Shown: in pieces, positions 10,172-18,950 of the stretch
How positions within the stretch are numbered: the first letter of the stretch is position 1
Layout of the letters: each line of letters begins with the position of its first letter
From: a virus
IMG/VR virus record: IMGVR_UViG_3300026097_000011
Location: 32,001 to 96,000 of that record
Direction: 5' to 3' (one strand)
Length of the DNA: 64,000 nt
Notes under the pieces: model-generated
Seen by the model: the letters and a program-made list of their open reading frames with translations, nothing else
Databases searched by the model: none
What the model was told of the DNA's origin: nothing
Translations under genes and position numbers: made by a program

Positions 10172-10292
10172 AGTTTTTTAAAACTATATCACTTGCTTCG
10201 TTTCTATATGGACTAATTATCATGAATTTATATGAGCAATACTTTTTATTCTTAGTTAACTCATCACAATTTAAACACTTATTTTTTGTCAT
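10155..10292 (-). pseudogene. Mini-ORF, probable homing-endonuclease remnant (Zn-finger N-terminus only)
   Basis: Translates MTKNKCLNCDELTKNKKYCSYKFMIISPYRNEASDIVLKNYGIDD (45 aa). Confidence 0.45.
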
Positions 10293-10311
10293 CTATAAAC
10301 AACTATTTAAG

Positions 10312-10611
10312 TTATTTATCCAAAAGAATATTTGCATTTTGAGCGAGATCATCAATAAAGAGGTCGAATATTGGTTTTCCAAATTTAAGTTCGTGATATT
10401 TTACTCCCCATCTTTTAAACTGACTAATTGTTACTTCTCTCCAGTCTACACCAGATCCAGTTCCACGTGCAGTCCAATATACAATAGTATCTCCTCTATC
10501 ATAATATGAATTAGCTTTTTTAATTGCTTCTGGTATTGGACGAGCCTTATCGTATTCTAACGTATTTGGCGAAGTACAAATAGTGTGATCAATGTCTATG
10601 TATATTATCAT
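10312..10611 (-). CDS. Capless HAD phosphatase (capsule-biosynthesis phosphatase-like)
   Basis: DIDHT motif I, WTARG motif II, GKP..DLFIDD motifs III/IV. Confidence 0.85.
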   Translation of the reverse strand: MIIYIDIDHTICTSPNTLEYDKARPIPEAIKKANSYYDRGDTIVYWTARGTGSGVDWREVTISQFKRWGVKYHELKFGKPIFDLFIDDLAQNANILLDK

Positions 10612-10910
10612 TCGAAATTAATGTTGTTTTCTTTTTTATATTTATCCCATGATTCAGCGTCCATTAGATCAGGAAATCTTCCTCCTTTATTACAAGATCG
10701 TTTAACATAGAATTTTCCAGGAAGTTCACATCCGCAATTTACACAATATCCATACTTAACACAATCATCCTTGCATTTTTCAGCTCTATACATTACCTGT
10801 TCACTTTCATGAACTGGAATAATATTAAGCCTGTCGCCTAACATTTTAATATTTCCTTCTATAAATTGCTGAATGGCATTTATTGTAATCTTAGGTTTTG
10901 GTTTTTTCAT
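10608..10910 (-). CDS. Cys-rich hypothetical protein (putative Zn-binding)
   Basis: CKDDC...YCVNCGC...SC; ATGA overlaps on both sides. Confidence 0.65.
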   Translation of the reverse strand: MKKPKPKITINAIQQFIEGNIKMLGDRLNIIPVHESEQVMYRAEKCKDDCVKYGYCVNCGCELPGKFYVKRSCNKGGRFPDLMDAESWDKYKKENNINFE

Positions 10911-11761
10911 TTTCCTCTTAAAGATTTGCGTTTTTCTAATTCTGATCCCATCACTTCGCGTGGAGAATTTCCTCCCATTGCTTTTTCAATATCTCTGATT
11001 CCTTTCACAAGCTTCATAAGGCCACTCGGTTCCACTGACGAGCTTTGATCACTTCCCCAATTAGTTCTATCAAGAGTAATATGTCGTTCAACCCATGTTG
11101 CCCCAAGTGTCACGGCCGCCATTGTAGTTATAAGTCCATATTCATGTCCTGAATATCCAATCGATGTATCGTGGCCATATTTATTCTTAAGCCAAGTTAT
11201 ATACTCTAATCTCAATTCATCAACGTTAGACGGATAGCTTGAATTAGTATGCATAACGACATCAGGAGTTATTGCATTCATACATCTAGTAATTTCCTCT
11301 TCGGTACTCATTCCCGTACTAATTATTATATGATCAAAACTATCTCTAGCATATGAACATAAATCAATATCAGTAATTAAAGCAGAAGGAATTTTAGTAA
11401 TTTGGGGTTCTATTTCGCGCATGAATTCAACGGATTGTTTATCCCAAATTGATGCAAATAATCCTATTGATTTAGAAAAACAATAGTCTGCTAATTCTTT
11501 CCATTCTTCTTTGTTAAACTCAATATCATGTTTGTATTGAATATAAGTAGTTGGTTCAGTTCTCCATGGAACAATCTTTTTCAGATGTTTTTGCTGTTCT
11601 GGAACACAATGTTCAGGAGATCTCTTTTGAAATTTAACCCAATCACATCCAGCTACGACTGCCACATCAATTAGTTGCTTTGCTTGATTTAAAAAATTAG
11701 ACTTATCTGTTCCATAAGCATAATTCAGGCCCACCTCAGCCACAATTTTAGTTTTTTCCAT
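10907..11761 (-). CDS. neuB: N-acetylneuraminate/nonulosonate synthase family (short form, no C-terminal SAF domain)
   Basis: IVAEVGLN, AGCDWVKFQKR, KIPSA, IISTGMS, GYSGHE, ERHITLDR..WGSDQSSSVEP. Confidence 0.92.
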   Translation of the reverse strand: MEKTKIVAEVGLNYAYGTDKSNFLNQAKQLIDVAVVAGCDWVKFQKRSPEHCVPEQQKHLKKIVPWRTEPTTYIQYKHDIEFNKEEWKELADYCFSKSIGLFASIWDKQSVEFMREIEPQITKIPSALITDIDLCSYARDSFDHIIISTGMSTEEEITRCMNAITPDVVMHTNSSYPSNVDELRLEYITWLKNKYGHDTSIGYSGHEYGLITTMAAVTLGATWVERHITLDRTNWGSDQSSSVEPSGLMKLVKGIRDIEKAMGGNSPREVMGSELEKRKSLRGK

Positions 11762-12000
11762 AGTTCTTCTTTATATTTTTAATAACTTTATCAATATCAT
11801 CTATAATATCACTTTCCCCATATCACAATGACATTATATCCTAGATCCTCTAAGTTAGAAACCCTAGGTTTATCATTATCCCATATTTCCGACGCAGTTA
11901 ATAGCAAATTAAAATTAAATTCATCAGTTGATTCATACATTTTAGGATTCGCGTGCCAATAATTACCAAATATTTCAATAATTATCTCTGTGTTCTCCAT
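11748..12000 (-). pseudogene. Vsr/DUF559-type (PD-(D/E)XK) homing endonuclease remnant
   Basis: IEIFGNYWHANP...LGYNVIVIW; one extra G in TGGGGAAAGT breaks the expected IWESD, whose frame continues IIDDIDKVIKNIKKNYGKN to 11748; N-terminal part missing. Confidence 0.7.
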
Positions 12001-12824
12001 TTTTTATAAGGTATATTAAACTGATTTGGTACTGTTACTAATTTAACAGAAGGAGTTCCAGGAAATATAATTTTCTCAAAACTAAATTCATCAGTTGATT
12101 CGTTTACTGATTTTATATTACTAATTAATTGTTTGGTTTTACCTCGATTGAATATACTCCTAGTTGTTGATTCATATTTTAACAGCAAATTCTTTCTCAC
12201 TGTTTCCATATGGTGCATTTTAATTTCAGAATGAGTGAATTGATAAAAGCTAGTTTTAGGACCAGTATTTGATATTCCTCTAGTTGGGTCACATCTTGAA
12301 AAGAATCTCTTATCCATTTTACAAGTTGGATTTATTCTACATATAAATGGAACAGTGCTTCCATCCATTCCTCTATGTCTAGTTGGAATATTTACATAAT
12401 TAATAAATTTAACTGAGGTTGCCGTTAGATTTTTATCTTTGATTATTTTCTTTGCCTTTACGAATTCCTCAGTTATGTAGAATTCATCTACGTCCATGCA
12501 TAGAAAGTGAGTACATTTTTCTCTAAGGCACATGTCCAATCCGGCTTGTCGTTTCTTACGTTCATAACTCTTTGCAGTTACGATAGAATTGTTAGAAGTA
12601 TCTCTAAGCGGAGTGAACGCGGAAAAGAGTGAGAGCCGATCAATGAGACCGGCTCGCTCTAGTTTTTTCAATTCAGCCAAGTCTTCACTTGGTAATTTTT
12701 TACCAAACCATGATTGTTCTTGATATATTACATGAAGAAAATCTACATGCTTTCGAATCTGCTTGATTGAATGCTCAAGTAATTCAATTCCGTCAAATAC
12801 GATATATGATACTCCTAATTTCAT
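11982..12824 (-). CDS. GT-A fold glycosyltransferase (GT2-like)
   Basis: FLCMDVDEFY DxD motif; ERKKRQAGL; cluster context. Confidence 0.7.
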   Translation of the reverse strand: MKLGVSYIVFDGIELLEHSIKQIRKHVDFLHVIYQEQSWFGKKLPSEDLAELKKLERAGLIDRLSLFSAFTPLRDTSNNSIVTAKSYERKKRQAGLDMCLREKCTHFLCMDVDEFYITEEFVKAKKIIKDKNLTATSVKFINYVNIPTRHRGMDGSTVPFICRINPTCKMDKRFFSRCDPTRGISNTGPKTSFYQFTHSEIKMHHMETVRKNLLLKYESTTRSIFNRGKTKQLISNIKSVNESTDEFSFEKIIFPGTPSVKLVTVPNQFNIPYKKWRTQR

Positions 12825-13570
12825 TTAAATGGGCTTGTTTTTAATAGCTTCGCTAAGTTTATATTAAAATCGGTATTAATATCCGATACGATTTCATTGA
12901 AGCTTTCTCGAGTTGGTACTCTTGCTACATTGAATGTTCTGTTAATTGATGCGTAATAATCTCTGAATTTAAATCCATTTCCGATTACGTTCTTAGATAG
13001 CTCAATCCAAACTGACGGTACTTTATATGCATCAGCAATCACTAACCCATGTAAGCTACTTGACATTATCGTTTCACATTCAAGAATTTGATCAACAAAA
13101 TTCTCTACACTTTTATCCTTCACGTTTATAACTTTAATATTTGGATTGTGTCTACAGTAATTAATAAATTCTGTGTCTTTATCTACATAGTGAGGAACTA
13201 CTCCGATTTTATATTTCTTCTCAATATTCGGCGAGTATACTTTAGGTAATAATAAACCTGGATCTCCGTATATTTCTGGACATGATATCTTATTCTTTAA
13301 AAGCAGATCTCTTGTTAGTGGTCCTCGAACAGCAAGGATCTTTGGATTCTTATGTCTGAGGTTTAGGTTTCCAGAAATTGAACCTGATCCCCACACTATC
13401 GTATTAGAATCAGCCCTTCCAATAATTGATCCAGTTGATAAGTATTTAGCATGTTTTGAATTTGCATCAATCCATTCATAGTCAACTTTAAAAAGATTGT
13501 CTAATAAATATGGAGTAATTAAATCTCCAACGTTTATGATTTTATTAAACCAATATGTTTTATATTTCAT
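12821..13570 (-). CDS. Polysaccharide pyruvyltransferase
   Basis: NVGDLI, GSII, VWGSG, AVRGPLTR, GDPGLLLP, SSSLHGLVIADAY; start reassigned to MKYKTYW at 13570. Confidence 0.9.
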   Translation of the reverse strand: MKYKTYWFNKIINVGDLITPYLLDNLFKVDYEWIDANSKHAKYLSTGSIIGRADSNTIVWGSGSISGNLNLRHKNPKILAVRGPLTRDLLLKNKISCPEIYGDPGLLLPKVYSPNIEKKYKIGVVPHYVDKDTEFINYCRHNPNIKVINVKDKSVENFVDQILECETIMSSSLHGLVIADAYKVPSVWIELSKNVIGNGFKFRDYYASINRTFNVARVPTRESFNEIVSDINTDFNINLAKLLKTSPFK

Positions 13571-14135
13571 TCTTACTAAATTTGTATATATGTTGATGAA
13601 TTTTGTATTCGTTTCCATTCGGCGTAATATACGTTTTCTTCCATGGAATACACTTCTCAAGTTTCATATCTGCATCACTAAATAATTTGATGAATTCATG
13701 ATTTGTGTATGAATTCATCCATCCATGTAGATCTCTATTTTCTGGATATTCATTAAGTGTGGAGTACGATACCACTATGTTAGCACATCTATTTGAGATG
13801 TATTTAATTTTGGCTGGAAGATTCGTGATGTATTCCAATACTCCACTAAATATCGCATAATCATAATCCCCAAAGTCAACCATCTTAGGGGCATTTAAAT
13901 CGTATTGAATATACTCAATATCTCCCTTGTTTACAAAATCGGTTATTGTACATTTATTAGAATCAGGCAAATAATTTGAAACAGGATTAATTCCAGCCCC
14001 AAATTCAATGACTGTTTTATTTGGCTCAATTAGAGATGCTAGCAACTCAGTACGTGGATTCCAAGTTTCATTATAACTCTCTATATTTGACCATCTATCC
14101 ATGTCTGACATAATTATTGTTTTTTGAGTGGACAT
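13560..14135 (-). CDS. Class I SAM-dependent methyltransferase
   Basis: VIEFGAG motif I; FSGVLEYI. Confidence 0.8.
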   Translation of the reverse strand: MSTQKTIIMSDMDRWSNIESYNETWNPRTELLASLIEPNKTVIEFGAGINPVSNYLPDSNKCTITDFVNKGDIEYIQYDLNAPKMVDFGDYDYAIFSGVLEYITNLPAKIKYISNRCANIVVSYSTLNEYPENRDLHGWMNSYTNHEFIKLFSDADMKLEKCIPWKKTYITPNGNEYKIHQHIYKFSKNEI

Positions 14136-14929
14136 GATCTAACTAATAAATCTAGATCTATTTGAGACATGTCGTGGATGAATGTTGAATCAATCATAGT
14201 TGATATCGTCAGATCAGGACTATATTTAATTGGGTTGTATTTTGGTATAGTTGATTCCATAATAAGTGGATCAAATGTTCTATGTACCTCAGGATCAAGT
14301 GATGCTAGAAAATCATAAAACTTAATATCATCGCCATTTATTCGATCTGAATATTTTAACCATCTAGTTGGAACTCCGTACGCAGCAGATGTTATGATTC
14401 CATGTAACGATGTAGATACAGTGCGTTCACATTCAAGAATATCATCAACTACTTTTTCAATATTGTTAGTTCTAAGGTCAATGATCTTTACTCCTTCCTT
14501 TCCGTCATATATCTTCTTCATCTCAAGGTATTCACTAACATGAGGAATTATTCCAAGAATATATTTCTTAGCTTTATTAGGAAAATAATATCTTGGTAAT
14601 AATAAACCAGGATCTCCGTATACCCTTGGACATTCAAATCCCATGCGTAATAATTGATCTCGTGAGAATGGTCCACGAACTGCATGATATTCTTTTGCTC
14701 TTGTAAAATCAGATTGATCAATGTTTCTTATACCGGATCCCCATACATCAGTATTTGGAGATGATAGTCTCATTATACTCCCAACTGATATTAATATATC
14801 TTTGTCCTTTTTGATGTTACATGGATTAGGATGTTTGATTCCAAACATTTTATCAAATAACCATGGTGGAATTTCATCCCCAAAATTATGTTCACGTCCT
14901 CTCCACCACCATAAATTAAAATTCTTCAT
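14114..14929 (-). CDS. Polysaccharide pyruvyltransferase (paralog)
   Basis: NFGDEI, VWGSG, AVRGPFSR, GDPGLLLP, STSLHGII. Confidence 0.9.
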   Translation of the reverse strand: MKNFNLWWWRGREHNFGDEIPPWLFDKMFGIKHPNPCNIKKDKDILISVGSIMRLSSPNTDVWGSGIRNIDQSDFTRAKEYHAVRGPFSRDQLLRMGFECPRVYGDPGLLLPRYYFPNKAKKYILGIIPHVSEYLEMKKIYDGKEGVKIIDLRTNNIEKVVDDILECERTVSTSLHGIITSAAYGVPTRWLKYSDRINGDDIKFYDFLASLDPEVHRTFDPLIMESTIPKYNPIKYSPDLTISTMIDSTFIHDMSQIDLDLLVRSCPLKKQ

Positions 14930-16626
14930 TACTTAATTGTTTTTTTGAAATTGATCCACTTGTTTAAATAGTAAGTAGTAACAGGGCCGGTTAATAGTTT
15001 CTCTGCCCATGGTTTACCTTTCCCATAATGGATAATAATTGGTTCTACACTTGGAATAGACCTTTGTCTATAAAAGTGATAATCGTTATATCGTTTGTCT
15101 AAATACATTAGTGGAATTTCATCGAATATTGACAGTACTAATGAGAATAGTGAATCGTCTCCCTTTCTAGGGACTCCATTTTTCATACTGTGTGAAAACA
15201 CTCTATGTACTTTATCTGAGAACTTAGTTTCATGACAATATTTATTGTTGAATACTAGTACTCCAGTATTTATGGATTGTGCATTAAGCCCTTTGTTTGT
15301 AATTTTAAATAGCTTCTTAAGCTGGGGTAATTGTTTGATGTTAACTAGAAACTTTTTAACGGTTGCTCCTCTATCAACACCTGCGATTCCAGTAACGTCT
15401 TGAAGCCATGTCATATTTAAAGGTAGATTGCAATATGTATCTGAATCTACTCCAATTGAATGTGAATATCCAAGATTGTATAAAACAGCTGGACAATCGA
15501 ATATCCAGAAGCACTCAGATGGATAAGGATATCCTGTCGGAATTTTATACTTCTCAGACAGATCCATTTCTATTAATTTTATATTATGCTTATGCAAGGT
15601 ATCTAAACTTTCTTGAGTAGCATCTTTACAAAAGATATAAAAATCTAAATTATCTTCTTTTGAATTTGCTCGATATGATTCAAAGCAAGTAATGGCATAT
15701 TTTATATATGCGTTATTTAATGTTGTAAATACTGCTACTCTATCGGATAATTTTGTATTTCTGATATTGTCCTTTCCAAATTCAGCAACTAAATCAATTC
15801 TCTTTGCTCCTTTTGGTAAAACTGGAGCTTTTATCCTAGATGTGCGAATCTTAGATGGAGTTTTCATCTTATTTAAGCGAGTCATATGTTGATTTAAGTA
15901 TATTTGAACTCTCGAATACTTAGCATCAGACAATATTGATATAGGAATGTGTATTGCTGAAATTGCCTTTGAATATCTTACAAAATTGCTGTATCTATTA
16001 TTTGGAAAGGCAGATGACTCAACTAAAACATTGCCACTTAACTTATTCACATTAAATCTAGTTGAAACATGATCAGTTAGATACTTATCAGTGCCATTTA
16101 GCACATTTGCAATTAAATCGCCATATAAGTCATCAAATATTTCATCACTTATGTTACATTCAGGAACATACATTAGTGTTGCAGTTAAACCCGTTCCTGG
16201 ATTTGGAAACGATTCAGATGTCGATGATAATGAGACTGCGTCGTCAGTAATTATATCAGATAACTGAGATAATACAATAACTTTATTCGACATATAGATA
16301 TTTCCTCTTGATTTGATCTTAAATGCATATATTTTAAGATAGTCGTAAATGTCTTCGTAATATTTGCGCCTTTCAACCTTTGCTTTTAATTCAGATATCT
16401 CAGAATCTGGAATTACTGCGATTTGAATATCATCATATATCAAATTAAGCATATTTGTATTATGTGCACTTAGTGGATTCGATTCTAATGTTAAAATAAC
16501 AATTGTACCATCAAACCAGTCGTTTTTCTCAATGAACGTTGCCAATGCTACTCGAACATAGTGAAATATCTTATTGTTGCATTCGCTTATTAAGCAAATA
16601 TTATCTATGTCAGTTAAGTTATTCAT
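14929..16626 (-). CDS. Two-domain glycosyltransferase, C-terminal GT8-like
   Basis: VDSDT DxD, INTGVLVFN, DDSLFS, IIHYGKGKPW; N-terminal domain GT-A-like but lacks DxD. Confidence 0.8.
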   Translation of the reverse strand: MNNLTDIDNICLISECNNKIFHYVRVALATFIEKNDWFDGTIVILTLESNPLSAHNTNMLNLIYDDIQIAVIPDSEISELKAKVERRKYYEDIYDYLKIYAFKIKSRGNIYMSNKVIVLSQLSDIITDDAVSLSSTSESFPNPGTGLTATLMYVPECNISDEIFDDLYGDLIANVLNGTDKYLTDHVSTRFNVNKLSGNVLVESSAFPNNRYSNFVRYSKAISAIHIPISILSDAKYSRVQIYLNQHMTRLNKMKTPSKIRTSRIKAPVLPKGAKRIDLVAEFGKDNIRNTKLSDRVAVFTTLNNAYIKYAITCFESYRANSKEDNLDFYIFCKDATQESLDTLHKHNIKLIEMDLSEKYKIPTGYPYPSECFWIFDCPAVLYNLGYSHSIGVDSDTYCNLPLNMTWLQDVTGIAGVDRGATVKKFLVNIKQLPQLKKLFKITNKGLNAQSINTGVLVFNNKYCHETKFSDKVHRVFSHSMKNGVPRKGDDSLFSLVLSIFDEIPLMYLDKRYNDYHFYRQRSIPSVEPIIIHYGKGKPWAEKLLTGPVTTYYLNKWINFKKTIK

Positions 16627-17248
16627 CTAATTTGTCTAAATCTTGTTGAGTATCAACATCAATTATATTATTTTGAATCTCCATGAACATCGTATCTCGA
16701 TGATAGAGATTATCGTTTAATTTATTTAATACAGAAGGTCTAAATATAGATATGAAATGACTGATCTCAAAACATTTAGGATAATCTTGTCTTCTATATA
16801 AGTCATGATAGAATAATTGTGATCCTTTATTATTGTCTTCCTCTTTCATCATTAGAAATGGTGAAGTATCTAATTCCTTTTTACACAGCATTGAATGAGC
16901 GTTGTTGTCCCATACAAACTTACGTGCCTTCATAACATCTTCCCATGTTCTTTCAGGATACGTTAGATATAGCATCACAACGTCTGCATATTCTCCAATA
17001 TTTGTTTCTTTAACGAAATATTGCATTACCTCTTTAATTGAAGTTTCATCAGTTGATATTTCATTAGGTCTAATTACAACATTAAAGTTATATGATTCAG
17101 CCATTGTAGCTATTTCCATATCATCAGTTATTACATATACTAAATCTGCCATATCAATTGGAATAATATCCGCAGTATATTTAAATAGTTTTCTATTTTT
17201 AAATGGGAGACCCTTAGATCCCTTTCTAGCCGGTATTGCTATTATCAT
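16619..17248 (-). CDS. neuA: CMP-nonulosonate (acylneuraminate) cytidylyltransferase
   Basis: IPARKGSKGLPFKN, ITDD, LTYPER, IDVDT..D. Confidence 0.9.
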   Translation of the reverse strand: MIIAIPARKGSKGLPFKNRKLFKYTADIIPIDMADLVYVITDDMEIATMAESYNFNVVIRPNEISTDETSIKEVMQYFVKETNIGEYADVVMLYLTYPERTWEDVMKARKFVWDNNAHSMLCKKELDTSPFLMMKEEDNNKGSQLFYHDLYRRQDYPKCFEISHFISIFRPSVLNKLNDNLYHRDTMFMEIQNNIIDVDTQQDLDKLDE

Positions 17249-17859
17249 AGTTCCTTAAATTTTTCTATACTAATGTGCGGTACAACGTTAATTTTACTTT
17301 CCTTACTTAGATTATATAATTCTACTCCTCTTTGATCTAGTGCATTTTTCAAATGCTCATATCCCCATAATAAATCTGGAAGATATCTCATTCTAGCTAG
17401 TGAATGAGCACCGTCCTTGGGTGAATAGAAATGTCCATCTGTAAAATCTACACCTATTATTCCTATCTTTTTTGCTCCTAGTTTATATGCTACATTAATC
17501 GCAGTATATGGAGAGTTTAAGAAGTGATCCACCTTCGAGGGATCATCTAAATGAGAAGATCCTTTTGCTCCTAAATCAAAATGAATTATTCTAGGGTGCC
17601 TCCATCCACCGACACATGTAAGTAAGTATTTATAGTCAGTTTCATTTATCCACTTTTTTCTCTTATCATTAAATCTATTTGGATGATCAGTTACTAAATT
17701 GTAATTAGGTTTAAATAGAGAAGGTACATCATTCACTCCAATAGTTATAAAATCTTTATAATGTGGTTCAAATTCTTTAAGTGACATCCCACATCCACAT
17801 ACTACTATTTTTTCACCCTCGTGAATATTATGAAAGTCTATAAATTTCTTTGGCAACAT
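17245..17859 (-). CDS. Maf/DUF115-like (sialyltransferase-type) protein
   Basis: [37 protein letters not shown]. Confidence 0.65.
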   Translation of the reverse strand: MLPKKFIDFHNIHEGEKIVVCGCGMSLKEFEPHYKDFITIGVNDVPSLFKPNYNLVTDHPNRFNDKRKKWINETDYKYLLTCVGGWRHPRIIHFDLGAKGSSHLDDPSKVDHFLNSPYTAINVAYKLGAKKIGIIGVDFTDGHFYSPKDGAHSLARMRYLPDLLWGYEHLKNALDQRGVELYNLSKESKINVVPHISIEKFKEL

Positions 17860-17927
17860 ATGTCGATTATTTTAAAACCATTGATATAATATTATATACA
17901 ATATTAAATAACTATAGTTTAACTATT

Positions 17928-18887
17928 TTGAAAGATTATTATAAAATATTAGGAGTAGATGAAAAATCAACCTCGGATGATATAAAAAAGGCGTATAGAA
18001 AGCTATCAAAACAATATCATCCAGATGTTAATCTAACACCCGGAGCAGATGAAAAATTTAAGGAAGTAGCAAGTGCATATGAAACCTTAGGTGATGTCAA
18101 AAAAAGAGAACTATACGATATATCTAGAAAGCCAAAAAGTACATTTGGAAGAAGGGGAACTTCATTTGAAGATTGGGCTAATGAATTTGGAACAGGTGAT
18201 TCTGGATTTGGAAGAGGATCATCGCGTGGTGGATTTGGAAGAGCACATGCTCGTAAAAATCCTACTACGACACATCTTCATGTAAATAAAACAATCGAAG
18301 TAAATTTAAAGGACTTAATACTAGGAACACAAGTAGAGGTTAAATATGATAGATACGTAATTGATGGAAATTTTCTTAAGAATAAGGAAGATAAAATTTT
18401 AAATATTCACTTAGATCTTAAAAAAAAGTATTTACCTATAACTAAAGTTGGGGATAATTATATAATCAATATTAAACTTGAAAAATTAGGAAGCGAAGAT
18501 ATACATCGAAGAACAAATATATGGGGAGATCTTGAAAACATAATATTATATGGTGATTTTATACTTGAAGTTAAAGTTAAAATACCAGAAGATGTCAATA
18601 TAGAAGATAATAATATAATTCAATTTATTGATATTCCTCTATATAAAACCCTATTTCCAGAAGAAAAGATTAGAATATCTACTATTTTAGATAAATCATA
18701 TGACGCTGAAATATCTACACCTAAAAAATTAAATGATCTTAAATTTAACATCAAAGATCAAGGAATTAAAGGTAAAGCTGGAACAATAGGTAATTATACA
18801 ATTAGATTTAACATTATTCCACCGGATCTATCCAAGATCAATAAATCCACATTAAATACCATAAAAGAATCCTTTACACAAGAGTAG
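17928..18887 (+). CDS. dnaJ: DnaJ/Hsp40 co-chaperone (type II, no Zn finger)
   Basis: KDYYKILGV...[14 protein letters not shown]-domain, G/F-rich linker; probable TTG start at 17928. Confidence 0.88.
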   Translation: MKDYYKILGVDEKSTSDDIKKAYRKLSKQYHPDVNLTPGADEKFKEVASAYETLGDVKKRELYDISRKPKSTFGRRGTSFEDWANEFGTGDSGFGRGSSRGGFGRAHARKNPTTTHLHVNKTIEVNLKDLILGTQVEVKYDRYVIDGNFLKNKEDKILNIHLDLKKKYLPITKVGDNYIINIKLEKLGSEDIHRRTNIWGDLENIILYGDFILEVKVKIPEDVNIEDNNIIQFIDIPLYKTLFPEEKIRISTILDKSYDAEISTPKKLNDLKFNIKDQGIKGKAGTIGNYTIRFNIIPPDLSKINKSTLNTIKESFTQE

Positions 18888-18922
18888 AGTAAAGAATTTA
18901 ATTTTTTTCTATTAAGTCTGTT

Positions 18923-18936
18923 ATAAATAATAAAAA
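18923..18936 (+). promoter_or_regulatory. Late promoter motif
   Basis: Exact ATAAATAATAAAAA (preceded by T, giving TATAAATA) before head operon. Confidence 0.8.
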
Positions 18937-18950
18937 ATTGCAGACGAATA

